This document shows positions 1 to 7,910 of a stretch of DNA of 11,348 nucleotides, piece by piece (position 1 is the first letter of the stretch; the number at the start of each line of letters is the position of its first letter). The stretch is taken from positions 1 through 11,348 of the forward strand of contig JANNBC010000029.1 in NCBI GenBank assembly GCA_031385045.1. Direction: 5' to 3'. A program made the position numbers and the translations under genes. The notes below the pieces were generated by a model. The model was not told where the DNA came from and made no database searches. It worked only from the letters and a program-made list of their open reading frames with translations. Source of the DNA: a bacterium. Its GTDB lineage: Bacteria > Bdellovibrionota_C > UBA2361 > CALJRW01.

Positions 1-141
1 GCGTCCTCATGGAACACTTGGGGGAATTACACCTCAGATGTTTGTGGATAAATGCTTACAGAAAAAACTTTGCGCTTGAAGATGGAGAAAAACTATGCGA
101 ATCTATCATTAATACTGGCTCTAAAACGCGCGGCTACGCCG
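1..141 (+). mobile_element. Probable right end of an IS3-family insertion sequence; exact end uncertain (~108 or ~141)
   Basis: The transposase-like tail is followed by CTATCATTAATACTGGCTCTAAAACGCGCGGCTACGCCG, which loosely resembles IS3/IS407-type right ends. The left IR and target duplication are outside the window. Confidence 0.45.
2..79 (+). CDS. Partial (5'-truncated by window edge) C-terminus of an IS3/IS481-like DDE transposase
   Basis: Frame +2 from base 2 reads RPHGTLGGITPQMFVDKCLQKKLCA* (TGA 77-79). RPH-x-x-LG-x-x-TP matches the conserved RPHSSLGYLTP-type motif at the end of IS3/IS481 integrase cores. Not in the supplied ORF track. Confidence 0.65.
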   Translation, partial: RPHGTLGGITPQMFVDKCLQKKLCA

Positions 142-363
142 TTTTACTAACTTTAAGGGGGATAATCTGCGAGCTCTGGGAGACTTATTAGAATCAGGGC
201 AAAGATTTAATATTCAAATAATTCAGAAAGGGGCAAGCCGAGCCCATCCCTATGAAGGAAATGTTAAGCTAAGTCGTGATGCAGATGGAGTTTATTTGGA
301 AATTGATTCCAAAAAAACTTCTTACTTAAAAACTGTTTTTGAAATTACAGTTACTAAGTTAGC

Positions 364-367
<4 letters not shown>
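125..367 (+). pseudogene. Start-less 80-codon open frame, probable 3' remnant of a gene interrupted by the IS
   Basis: Frame +2 is open from 125 to TAA 365-367 (...FTNFKGDNLRALGDLLESGQRFNIQIIQKGASRAHPYEGNVKLSRDADGVYLEIDSKKTSYLKTVFEITVTKLA*) with no ATG. Its stop overlaps the proS stop in TTAA (364-367), as is common for convergent genes. Confidence 0.45.
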
Positions 368-1884
<1,517 letters not shown>

Positions 1885-1987
1885 AATAACTAATAAAATA
1901 GGGCGATTAAAAATGAACTTTTAGTATAGCCTAAAGTGACTCTAGGATAAACAGATAATTGATCAATATTATTTACAAAAATATACT

Positions 1988-2007
1988 AAAACCCATTGGC
2001 GGGTTTT
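1988..2007 (-). terminator. Intrinsic terminator-like hairpin downstream of the LRR-kinase gene
   Basis: AAAACCC-ATTGGC-GGGTTTT, a 7-bp inverted repeat 25 nt past the stop at 2033. Confidence 0.5.
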
Positions 2008-2032
2008 CCAAAAGCAATGGCAATTAGCATAT

Positions 2033-3304
2033 TTAGATATGAGTTAATAAACTTTTAACCTCAGCCATTAAAGGACGCTCTATAATTATCGGAGTTAAGC
2101 AATAATCCCTCAGAACTTTAAGTCCCAATGGGATCTCAGCAACAGAGTGATTAATTAAATCTTCCATTAAACAACCAAAGGCACGAATATCTAAGAACTC
2201 ACGTTGGTGACTTGTAGGATCGTATCGTGAAGCCGCACCAAAATCTCCCAAAACGCAGTCTCCTTGATGATTCGCTAAGATATTATGGGCATATAAATCT
2301 CCATGGGTAATGCCTCGCTGGTGAAGATGACTCATGGCGGAAGCAATATTTTTTAAAATTTCTAAAATAAACTCTAAAGAAAAGCTAGTTCCCACTGGAA
2401 AAGTATCTCGCGTACAAGTTTTAAAATTTGGAGGACAACCTAGGCTCTGATATTCACTAGAAATTAATTTGAGGAGCAGACCTTGATTTTCATTGGCTTG
2501 ATGATCTATCTGGCCAATGACTGGAATTATATTTGGATGCTGACCTACAGCGATACAGGCCTCTAGGTCATCAATAATATAGCCATCACTTGTTAGTCTT
2601 CCCTTATATTTCTTGACCGCTATGCCTTCCGCAAAGCCTTTTGCACTTGCTTCCCATACTTCACTAGACGGACTTTCTCCTAGCAATTTAATCAACTGGA
2701 TTTGATCGTAACGAATTTTTGGCAACTCTACTAACTTAATAAATGGCTTCTGAAAGGGATTTCCAGAATCAGCATACCAAGATAATTTTGGCAAATTAAA
2801 TATCCAATTTGCAGGCTCAGCAGGAAGGCTATTAGCAGAAAGTCGTAAAAGTTCTAAGTTCTGACAGGCGATCATTTCCTCTGGTAAAGATTCCAAGTAA
2901 TTTCCTGTTAGGGCAAACTTACGCAAGCTAGCTAAATCCCCAATCGATCTGGGCAACTGTCTTAATTGGTTATCAGTTAAAATTAACCATTTGAGATTTA
3001 TTGGTAAGACATTCTCGTCAAAGACAGAAATCTGACAAGATTTAAATCCAATAATTTCTAGATTGGAACATGCAACAAGAACATCGGGGATCTTAGTAAA
3101 AAGATTTTGAGATAAAAATAAAACTCTTAGTCTCGATAACTCTGCAAATCTAGACGGTAGTTCCTTAAGTGTCCCCTGAGCAGCATCTAAAATCTCGATC
3201 TGATTTGCAAATTCAAACACTTCTTCCGGAAAATAACTGGCATTCCTTAAAGTGAGCGTTTTTGATTGGGTATCATAACTATGAAAAAAAGGAATCTTTT
3301 GCAT
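2033..3304 (-). CDS. Leucine-rich-repeat-containing Ser/Thr(Hanks)-type protein kinase
   Basis: N-terminal LRRs (LRVLFLSQNLF, LKWLILTDNQLRQLP, LRKFALTGNYLESLP, LELLRLSANSLP). C-terminal kinase motifs IAVK, TSDG, HGDLYAHNIL, LGDFGAAS, DIRAFGCL. Confidence 0.9.
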   Translation of the reverse strand: MQKIPFFHSYDTQSKTLTLRNASYFPEEVFEFANQIEILDAAQGTLKELPSRFAELSRLRVLFLSQNLFTKIPDVLVACSNLEIIGFKSCQISVFDENVLPINLKWLILTDNQLRQLPRSIGDLASLRKFALTGNYLESLPEEMIACQNLELLRLSANSLPAEPANWIFNLPKLSWYADSGNPFQKPFIKLVELPKIRYDQIQLIKLLGESPSSEVWEASAKGFAEGIAVKKYKGRLTSDGYIIDDLEACIAVGQHPNIIPVIGQIDHQANENQGLLLKLISSEYQSLGCPPNFKTCTRDTFPVGTSFSLEFILEILKNIASAMSHLHQRGITHGDLYAHNILANHQGDCVLGDFGAASRYDPTSHQREFLDIRAFGCLMEDLINHSVAEIPLGLKVLRDYCLTPIIIERPLMAEVKSLLTHI

Positions 3305-3394
3305 TACTGGCCAGATTAGCTACTTCTAATAAAATTGCCAAGAACTTCGGATATTTGCGAGAATTAAGAAGTGTTCAACTAGATTGTAAAAGCC

Positions 3395-4123
3395 TTGCTT
3401 GAACCGTATCCCAGAGTTATTTTTTATGTTAACTTATTTATTGTGTTAAATTACCAAGTTCTAATTATTGATGATGACCGTTCGTTTACGAATTTAGTAA
3501 AAATCCGCCTAGAGCAAATCCTCAAGAATATTTCTGTTCAAAATTTTGAATCTCTAGCTTCCGCTGAAAAATTTCTAAAAAAAGCTGATCCTAATTTTGA
3601 TCTAGTAGTAATTGATCAACATTTACCTGATGGCCTAGGGAGTGATTTTATTAAAAAAGGATTATTTGGATATACTGCTGTTCTCTCCATGAGCTCAGAT
3701 CAAGCAATTGAGATTCCAGCTAAATCAATTGGTGCCGGGGCAACTTTTTTCTTGCAGAAGGACGATTTAAGCAAACCTCTCTTCGAATATTTAATTCATG
3801 GCCTCATCCAACGTAATCAAATAGCTAAAGAGTTACACGAAACCAATAAGAAATTAGTCAAACTAGATACTATTAAAAAACTAATCTCTACTTTTAAACA
3901 TGAGATCAATAATCCCCTAACAGCAATCTTTGGTGCTTCATTCATTCTGAAACGCAAGTATGAGCATGAAAGAGAGCAAATGGAAGCAATTCAGCTAATC
4001 GATACTAGCTCAAAACGAATTAAAGAAATCATTGAAAGTATCGATCGCAATCCCGATCTGACAGAAGAAGAAAAAGCCAATCAAAAAGTTTATCAAATCC
4101 CAGGAGATAAGCCCTGGAAATAA
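3395..4123 (+). CDS. Receiver (REC) domain fused to a HisKA/DHp helix pair, with no HATPase domain; true start may be GTG at 3443
   Basis: REC motifs VLIIDDD, DLVVID74QHLPDGLG, S100, GATFFLQK122. H-box FKH169EINNPLTAI. The protein ends about 70 aa after the His with no N/G1/F/G2 boxes. Confidence 0.85.
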   Translation: MLEPYPRVIFYVNLFIVLNYQVLIIDDDRSFTNLVKIRLEQILKNISVQNFESLASAEKFLKKADPNFDLVVIDQHLPDGLGSDFIKKGLFGYTAVLSMSSDQAIEIPAKSIGAGATFFLQKDDLSKPLFEYLIHGLIQRNQIAKELHETNKKLVKLDTIKKLISTFKHEINNPLTAIFGASFILKRKYEHEREQMEAIQLIDTSSKRIKEIIESIDRNPDLTEEEKANQKVYQIPGDKPWK

Positions 4124-4135
4124 TAAAAGATTAAA

Positions 4136-5197
4136 ATGACTCAAAAAACTATCCTAGTAATACTAATATCTTGTTTACTGACTCCTATTTTCCTAAATGC
4201 TGAAGAGCAAAAACCTTTTCCAATCTTATTAAATATCCCACTCTCTGGGAACGCATCCTACTACGGAGAAGAAGCGAGGAAAGCAGCAGAACTAGCACTG
4301 GAAGAGTTACCTGAAAAAAACGTATCTTTAATTATTGAAGACGATCAATTAAATCCAACTAAATCAATCGCCAACTATAAAAAATACCCCGAAGCAAAAG
4401 CTCTAATTTCATTTAGTTCTAGTACCGCAAATGTTCTTGCCCCATTAGCAGAACAAGAGCAAAAAATTCAATTAGCGATTGCCTCAGATCCAAAAGTTAT
4501 TAAAGATCGAAAATTTTCTTTTTTACATTGGGTAATTGCTAAAGAAGAAGTCCGCGCATTAAGGGAAGAAATTATTCGTCGTGGCTATCACCGCATTGCA
4601 GTTATTCACACCGAGCACGAAGGATCTAATGCTATTGTCGATGCTGTGAACAACGATTTTAAAGAGAATAATTTAGAGTCAAAACTTATCCTGCAAGAAT
4701 CCTATCTCCCGGATAATTTTGATTTTAAAAATTTTATTATTAAGGCTAAGCAAAAAAATGCTGATTCCGTAATTGTAGTATTATTCCCTGGTGGCTTATC
4801 AAATTTTACTAAGCAGGCACGACAATTAAAACTAGATGTGCCATTTGCTGGAGTGGAAACATTTGAAGATGAGAGTGAAGTCAAAGCTGCTCAAGGGACA
4901 CTGCTAAATCAGTGGTACGTTAACAGTGATGTACCATCAGATAACTTTATTAATAGCTTTAAGAAAAAATATAATAGTTATCCTTCAGCCTACACTGCAA
5001 ATATTTATGACTCCATTAAGCTACTCTCGCAGGCTGTAACTCTATATGGGACAGATACTTCAAAGATTGCTCATTTTCTAGCAACGCTTAAAGACTACCA
5101 AGGAGCTTGCGGTCAGTACTCTACAACTGGGGATAATCGGTTTACACTGAAAGCGACAATTAAAGTCGTTACTAAGGATGGATTTCCCAAGCTCTAA
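4136..5197 (+). CDS. ABC transporter substrate-binding protein, LivK/LivJ (branched-chain amino acid, type 1 periplasmic binding) family
   Basis: Signal peptide MTQKTILVILISCLLTPIFLNA. Family motifs PLSGNASYYG, LIIEDDQLNP, FSSS, YDSIKLL, YQGACG..S. Starts 12 nt after the upstream gene. Confidence 0.88.
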   Translation: MTQKTILVILISCLLTPIFLNAEEQKPFPILLNIPLSGNASYYGEEARKAAELALEELPEKNVSLIIEDDQLNPTKSIANYKKYPEAKALISFSSSTANVLAPLAEQEQKIQLAIASDPKVIKDRKFSFLHWVIAKEEVRALREEIIRRGYHRIAVIHTEHEGSNAIVDAVNNDFKENNLESKLILQESYLPDNFDFKNFIIKAKQKNADSVIVVLFPGGLSNFTKQARQLKLDVPFAGVETFEDESEVKAAQGTLLNQWYVNSDVPSDNFINSFKKKYNSYPSAYTANIYDSIKLLSQAVTLYGTDTSKIAHFLATLKDYQGACGQYSTTGDNRFTLKATIKVVTKDGFPKL

Positions 5198-5268
5198 TTC
5201 TCCCCTTTTGGGACGCCCAGCATCGCCACTAATAACTAGATTATCTAGTGCGTCCCAAAAGGGGAGAA
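5198..5268. repeat. Perfect 19-bp inverted repeat enclosing a smaller palindrome (REP/MITE-like hairpin)
   Basis: TTCTCCCCTTTTGGGACGC (5198-5216) pairs with GCGTCCCAAAAGGGGAGAA (5250-5268). Inner ACTAGA-TTA-TCTAGT at 5235-5249. Confidence 0.9.
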
Positions 5269-5273
5269 GGCGC

Positions 5274-5299
5274 AAAAAAAACGACCCAATGGGTCGTTT
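5274..5299 (-). terminator. Rho-independent terminator of the RRM-bS18 gene (possibly bidirectional)
   Basis: The minus strand reads AAACGACCC-ATT-GGGTCG-TTTTTTTT, a GC-rich stem followed by T8, about 20 nt after the stop at 5321. Confidence 0.85.
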
Positions 5300-5320
5300 C
5301 TATTCTAAGTATTTTTAAGA

Positions 5321-5845
5321 TTACTTAGAGTATGCCATTAAGCCTAAGCTCTGTGCACGCTTTACAGCTTTCTTCATTTTTCTTTGGTTATAAGAAGAAA
5401 GACCTGTGTACTTTCTTGAAAGTAATCGTCCACGCTCGCTAACAAATCTAGCTAAGGCATTTACGTCACGGTACGAAAGCTCCTTAGTTGGATCTTGAAC
5501 ATAAGGATCCATTCTACGGTTACGTTTAAAAATTGGAACTCTTTGAATTGGTGGAAAGTATTCTTGCTTAGCAGTTTCACGAACTTCAGCAGGCTTGCCT
5601 TTATCAAAAGCAACTTTCATTGGTCGGCTATTAATAACTCTTTCATTCAAAGCTTTAACAGCTTTTTCAGCGTCATCAACATTTTCCATTTCAATAAAAG
5701 CGAATCCACGAGAACGTTTTGTTTCACGATCAACTGCGATCACAACGCTTAAACATGGGCCAAACTCTTCAAACATTACCCGTAAATCGTCGTTGGTAAC
5801 TTCAAAATCAATATTGCTTACAAATAATCTTCTTCTTTTTTCCAT
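5321..5845 (-). CDS. rpsR: Fusion protein: N-terminal RRM (RNP) RNA-binding domain plus C-terminal 30S ribosomal protein bS18
   Basis: RNP2 LFVSNI and RNP1 RGFAFIEM, with the RRM ending RPMKVAF. The C-terminus ELSYRDVNALARFVSERGRLLSRKYTGLSSYNQRKMKKAVKRAQSLGLMAY aligns to the bS18 signature (IDYKD..L..FISERGKI.PRR.TG.....QR.L..AIKRAR.LALLPY). Likely start is ATG at 5845 (MEKRRR); the ORF track gives TTG at 5860. Confidence 0.9.
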   Translation of the reverse strand: MEKRRRLFVSNIDFEVTNDDLRVMFEEFGPCLSVVIAVDRETKRSRGFAFIEMENVDDAEKAVKALNERVINSRPMKVAFDKGKPAEVRETAKQEYFPPIQRVPIFKRNRRMDPYVQDPTKELSYRDVNALARFVSERGRLLSRKYTGLSSYNQRKMKKAVKRAQSLGLMAYSK

Positions 5846-5872
5846 TGCATTAATTAACAAAATAGCTCGCGA

Positions 5873-5901
5873 ATATTAGTTAATCTGTAGTTTTATGTCA
5901 A
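5873..5901 (-). promoter_or_regulatory. Sigma70-type promoter of the RRM-bS18 gene
   Basis: Minus strand TTGACA (5901-5896), 17-nt spacer, TAATAT (5878-5873). Implies a TSS near 5866. Confidence 0.7.
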
Positions 5902-6231
5902 GGATAGGGAAATTGAGTCTTAAAATAGGCTAAACTGTCGTTCCTTGGATATTCAAAAGGCTTAGTCTTTGAAATTAATAGTTAAAAAATATAAATTATT
6001 TTTATAACTGCGTTTTAAACTTAACCAATGAGATTTATTGACAAAAAATTTTTTTTTATATAAAAAACAACTTGTTACAAGAGGCTAAGAAAAGATTTTT
6101 CTTGACTTAGCTTGTTTAAGTAGTTTATAGAAATTACTTAGTTTTTACTGTAAGTTAGGTTGACGTCCCACTTGTTGATTTAATTCATCAGTCTTATTCG
6201 GTTTTACACAGTTAGTTTTTTGGAGCCATAA

Positions 6232-6561
6232 ATGAGTACTAGCAACGCATATAAGAGATTTGGATTTGAAGATGATGATTCCTTTTCGGAAGCCAAATCG
6301 GAGGTAAAACCAGAAAGAAACCTGTTAGCAGCCGTTCTTTCCCGAGCAATTTGTGATGCCTTTGGTACTGCGCATTGTGAAAGACACGTAGTTCGTAGCG
6401 CACGACGTTGGATTTTCAGCCAACTAACTCCAAAAATCCCTTTTAGTTTTGCTTGGGTCAGCATTCATTTAGACTTAGAGCCTACAGAACTTCAAAATAG
6501 CCTTCGTACTTACGAAGACAATCCTGACGACATCCAAGATCGCCTTGCTCTTTTAAAATAG
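6232..6561 (+). CDS. Conserved-looking hypothetical protein (PERxLLxAVLxRAIxD...ARRWI...FSFxW...LDL pattern)
   Basis: ATG preceded by a GGAG SD-like sequence. 109 aa, transcribed divergently from RRM-bS18. The motif pattern recalls an uncharacterised small helical protein family (from memory, not searched). Confidence 0.75.
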   Translation: MSTSNAYKRFGFEDDDSFSEAKSEVKPERNLLAAVLSRAICDAFGTAHCERHVVRSARRWIFSQLTPKIPFSFAWVSIHLDLEPTELQNSLRTYEDNPDDIQDRLALLK

Positions 6562-6588
6562 CTCTTTTAAAATAGCCCTTTTAAAATT
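6547..6588 (+). repeat. 14-bp tandem repeat x3 spanning the stop codon of the 6232-6561 gene
   Basis: GCTCTTTTAAAATA (6547-6560), GCTCTTTTAAAATA (6561-6574), GCCCTTTTAAAATT (6575-6588). A degenerate GCTCTTAAAA follows at about 6595. Confidence 0.85.
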
Positions 6589-6628
6589 AAGCGGGCTCTT
6601 AAAACAACAATCATAGATATAAACTTCG

Positions 6629-6814
6629 GTGGAGTATTCTAAAGAATTTATCAGAAACTTTATCCTAGTAGTCTCGCTGGTTTTAATAGCGAGACTGTCT
6701 TATGTTGCTGTAGAAGATAATAATTGGCGAGGCCTCATCTACTCCACCCTACATATCATTATTGTTGGACTGGCAGCTTATTACGCACTCTGCAGAACAA
6801 ATAAGAAGACTTAG
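6629..6814 (+). CDS. Small hypothetical membrane protein (2 predicted TM helices)
   Basis: GTG start, two hydrophobic stretches and a basic C-terminus. Its stop overlaps the convergent gene by 4 nt. Confidence 0.5.
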   Translation: MEYSKEFIRNFILVVSLVLIARLSYVAVEDNNWRGLIYSTLHIIIVGLAAYYALCRTNKKT

Positions 6815-7197
6815 TGCCAAGTAATCTTCTTATCGTCCAATACATGAGTAATATTATCGGAGAACTCCTTATCTATATCTGAATTAGCAGAATGCATTTG
6901 CTGAACAATAATTGAGGAATTTTTACTTAAATCTTTCCAACGAGCCTCTACCGAGTTTTTAAACTTAATTAACTTATACGCCAACAGAGAAAAAACCACT
7001 CCAAAAAAGATGAAAAAGAGCCCGAATAAAACGGCAAAAAACCTAGGGAAAATAATTACTCCTGCCCCAAAAACTGCTAAGAGTGCCCCTACAGAAAGGA
7101 TTAAACTACCAGGATTTAAAAATGAGTTAAGCACGACTATCTGTGGTTGAGCTTTTCCTTGCATTTTCTCAAATTGGCTTTTGAAATATTTGTTCAT
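6811..7197 (-). CDS. Hypothetical membrane protein (2 TM helices); likely start ATG 7197 (ORF track 7236)
   Basis: Hydrophobic hairpin LILSVGALLAVFGAGVIIFPRFFAVLFGLFFIFFGVVFSLLAY followed by a polar tail ending KKITWH. Confidence 0.7.
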   Translation of the reverse strand: MNKYFKSQFEKMQGKAQPQIVVLNSFLNPGSLILSVGALLAVFGAGVIIFPRFFAVLFGLFFIFFGVVFSLLAYKLIKFKNSVEARWKDLSKNSSIIVQQMHSANSDIDKEFSDNITHVLDDKKITWH

Positions 7198-7454
7198 AAT
7201 ACGATCCAGAATAGTAAACTTGCTAATAACTGACAATAAAATTTAGGAAAGAATCTGGTCTTACATAAGACAGACGTAGCCAATTGAAAATATTCAGCAT
7301 TAAGCTACCAAATGCTTTATATCCTAAACGAATAAATATTAACGAGTAATCTACGTATCTAAAGACTGAGCTGAAAGAAATCAAGAACTTTATCATTCGC
7401 TATTCTTCTGCTAATAATCATGACTTCAACTAATTTCAAGTAAAATAATAAAAT

Positions 7455-7910
7455 TTGTCTGCCCCAAGTAACTTTCTTTCCTTAATAGTGCCCGATTGGG
7501 ACTTCTTATTCCTGCAGTCTTTGGCGATCATTGTCACAGCAATGCTCTTAAAGAAGATGACTATTACTTCCTTAGTTGGCCCATTAATTACTGTGATTGC
7601 AATTTCTTGGGTTAATAATCTCTATTGGGATAGTAGATTATTCTTTGACCTACCAACTAATTTCACAGTAGATACTTTAGGTTTAATTTTCTGTAACTCC
7701 ATAATTCTCTGGGTAATTGTAAAGCTCGCTCCAGGCATTGAAATAAGTGGGATCTTTACCGCGATTAAAGCTTCCGTCATTCTGACAATCAGTAGTTATT
7801 TGATTAATAAATTTTGTAGTAATCTTGACTGGGCGCAAATCTTCCAAACTATTATTGCTATCCTTGGAGATCTACGTAATTACTTTCTAACAAATTCGAA
7901 TGCCAAATAG
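7455..7910 (+). CDS. Membrane protein resembling the YvlD / phage holin superfamily IV (4-TM) family
   Basis: Four hydrophobic segments with patterns typical of YvlD-like proteins (TAMLLK.M.ITS..G, ISWVN, NSIILW...KLAPGIEISG.FTAI.AS.IL). Overlaps the rsgA start. True start uncertain (TTG 7455 or GTG 7488). Confidence 0.65.
   Translation: MSAPSNFLSLIVPDWDFLFLQSLAIIVTAMLLKKMTITSLVGPLITVIAISWVNNLYWDSRLFFDLPTNFTVDTLGLIFCNSIILWVIVKLAPGIEISGIFTAIKASVILTISSYLINKFCSNLDWAQIFQTIIAILGDLRNYFLTNSNAK

Noticed and set aside
9..191. 60-aa ORF in the track
   Set aside because: It overlaps, in another frame, the transposase-like tail and the gene remnant, and has no recognisable motif.
230..254. GGGGCAAGCCGAGCCCATCCCTATG resembling a GTAG-type REP on the minus strand
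   Set aside because: The palindrome is imperfect, single-copy, and lies within the 125-367 open frame.
4702..5275. Minus-strand ORFs 4702-4884 and 5078-5275
   Set aside because: Antisense to the substrate-binding protein gene and the inverted repeat, with no protein-like features.
5495..5879. Plus-strand ORFs 5495-5752 and 5595-5879
   Set aside because: Antisense shadows of the RRM-bS18 gene.
6204..6464. 86-aa minus-strand ORF
   Set aside because: Antisense to the better-supported 6232-6561 gene, which has an SD.
6547..6604. Possible mini-CRISPR array
   Set aside because: The units are 14 bp and directly adjacent, with no spacers and no cas genes.
7455..7910. Holin-like gene as evidence of a prophage
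   Set aside because: YvlD-like proteins are common chromosomal genes. No endolysin or other phage genes are nearby, and the gene is coupled to rsgA-ung.
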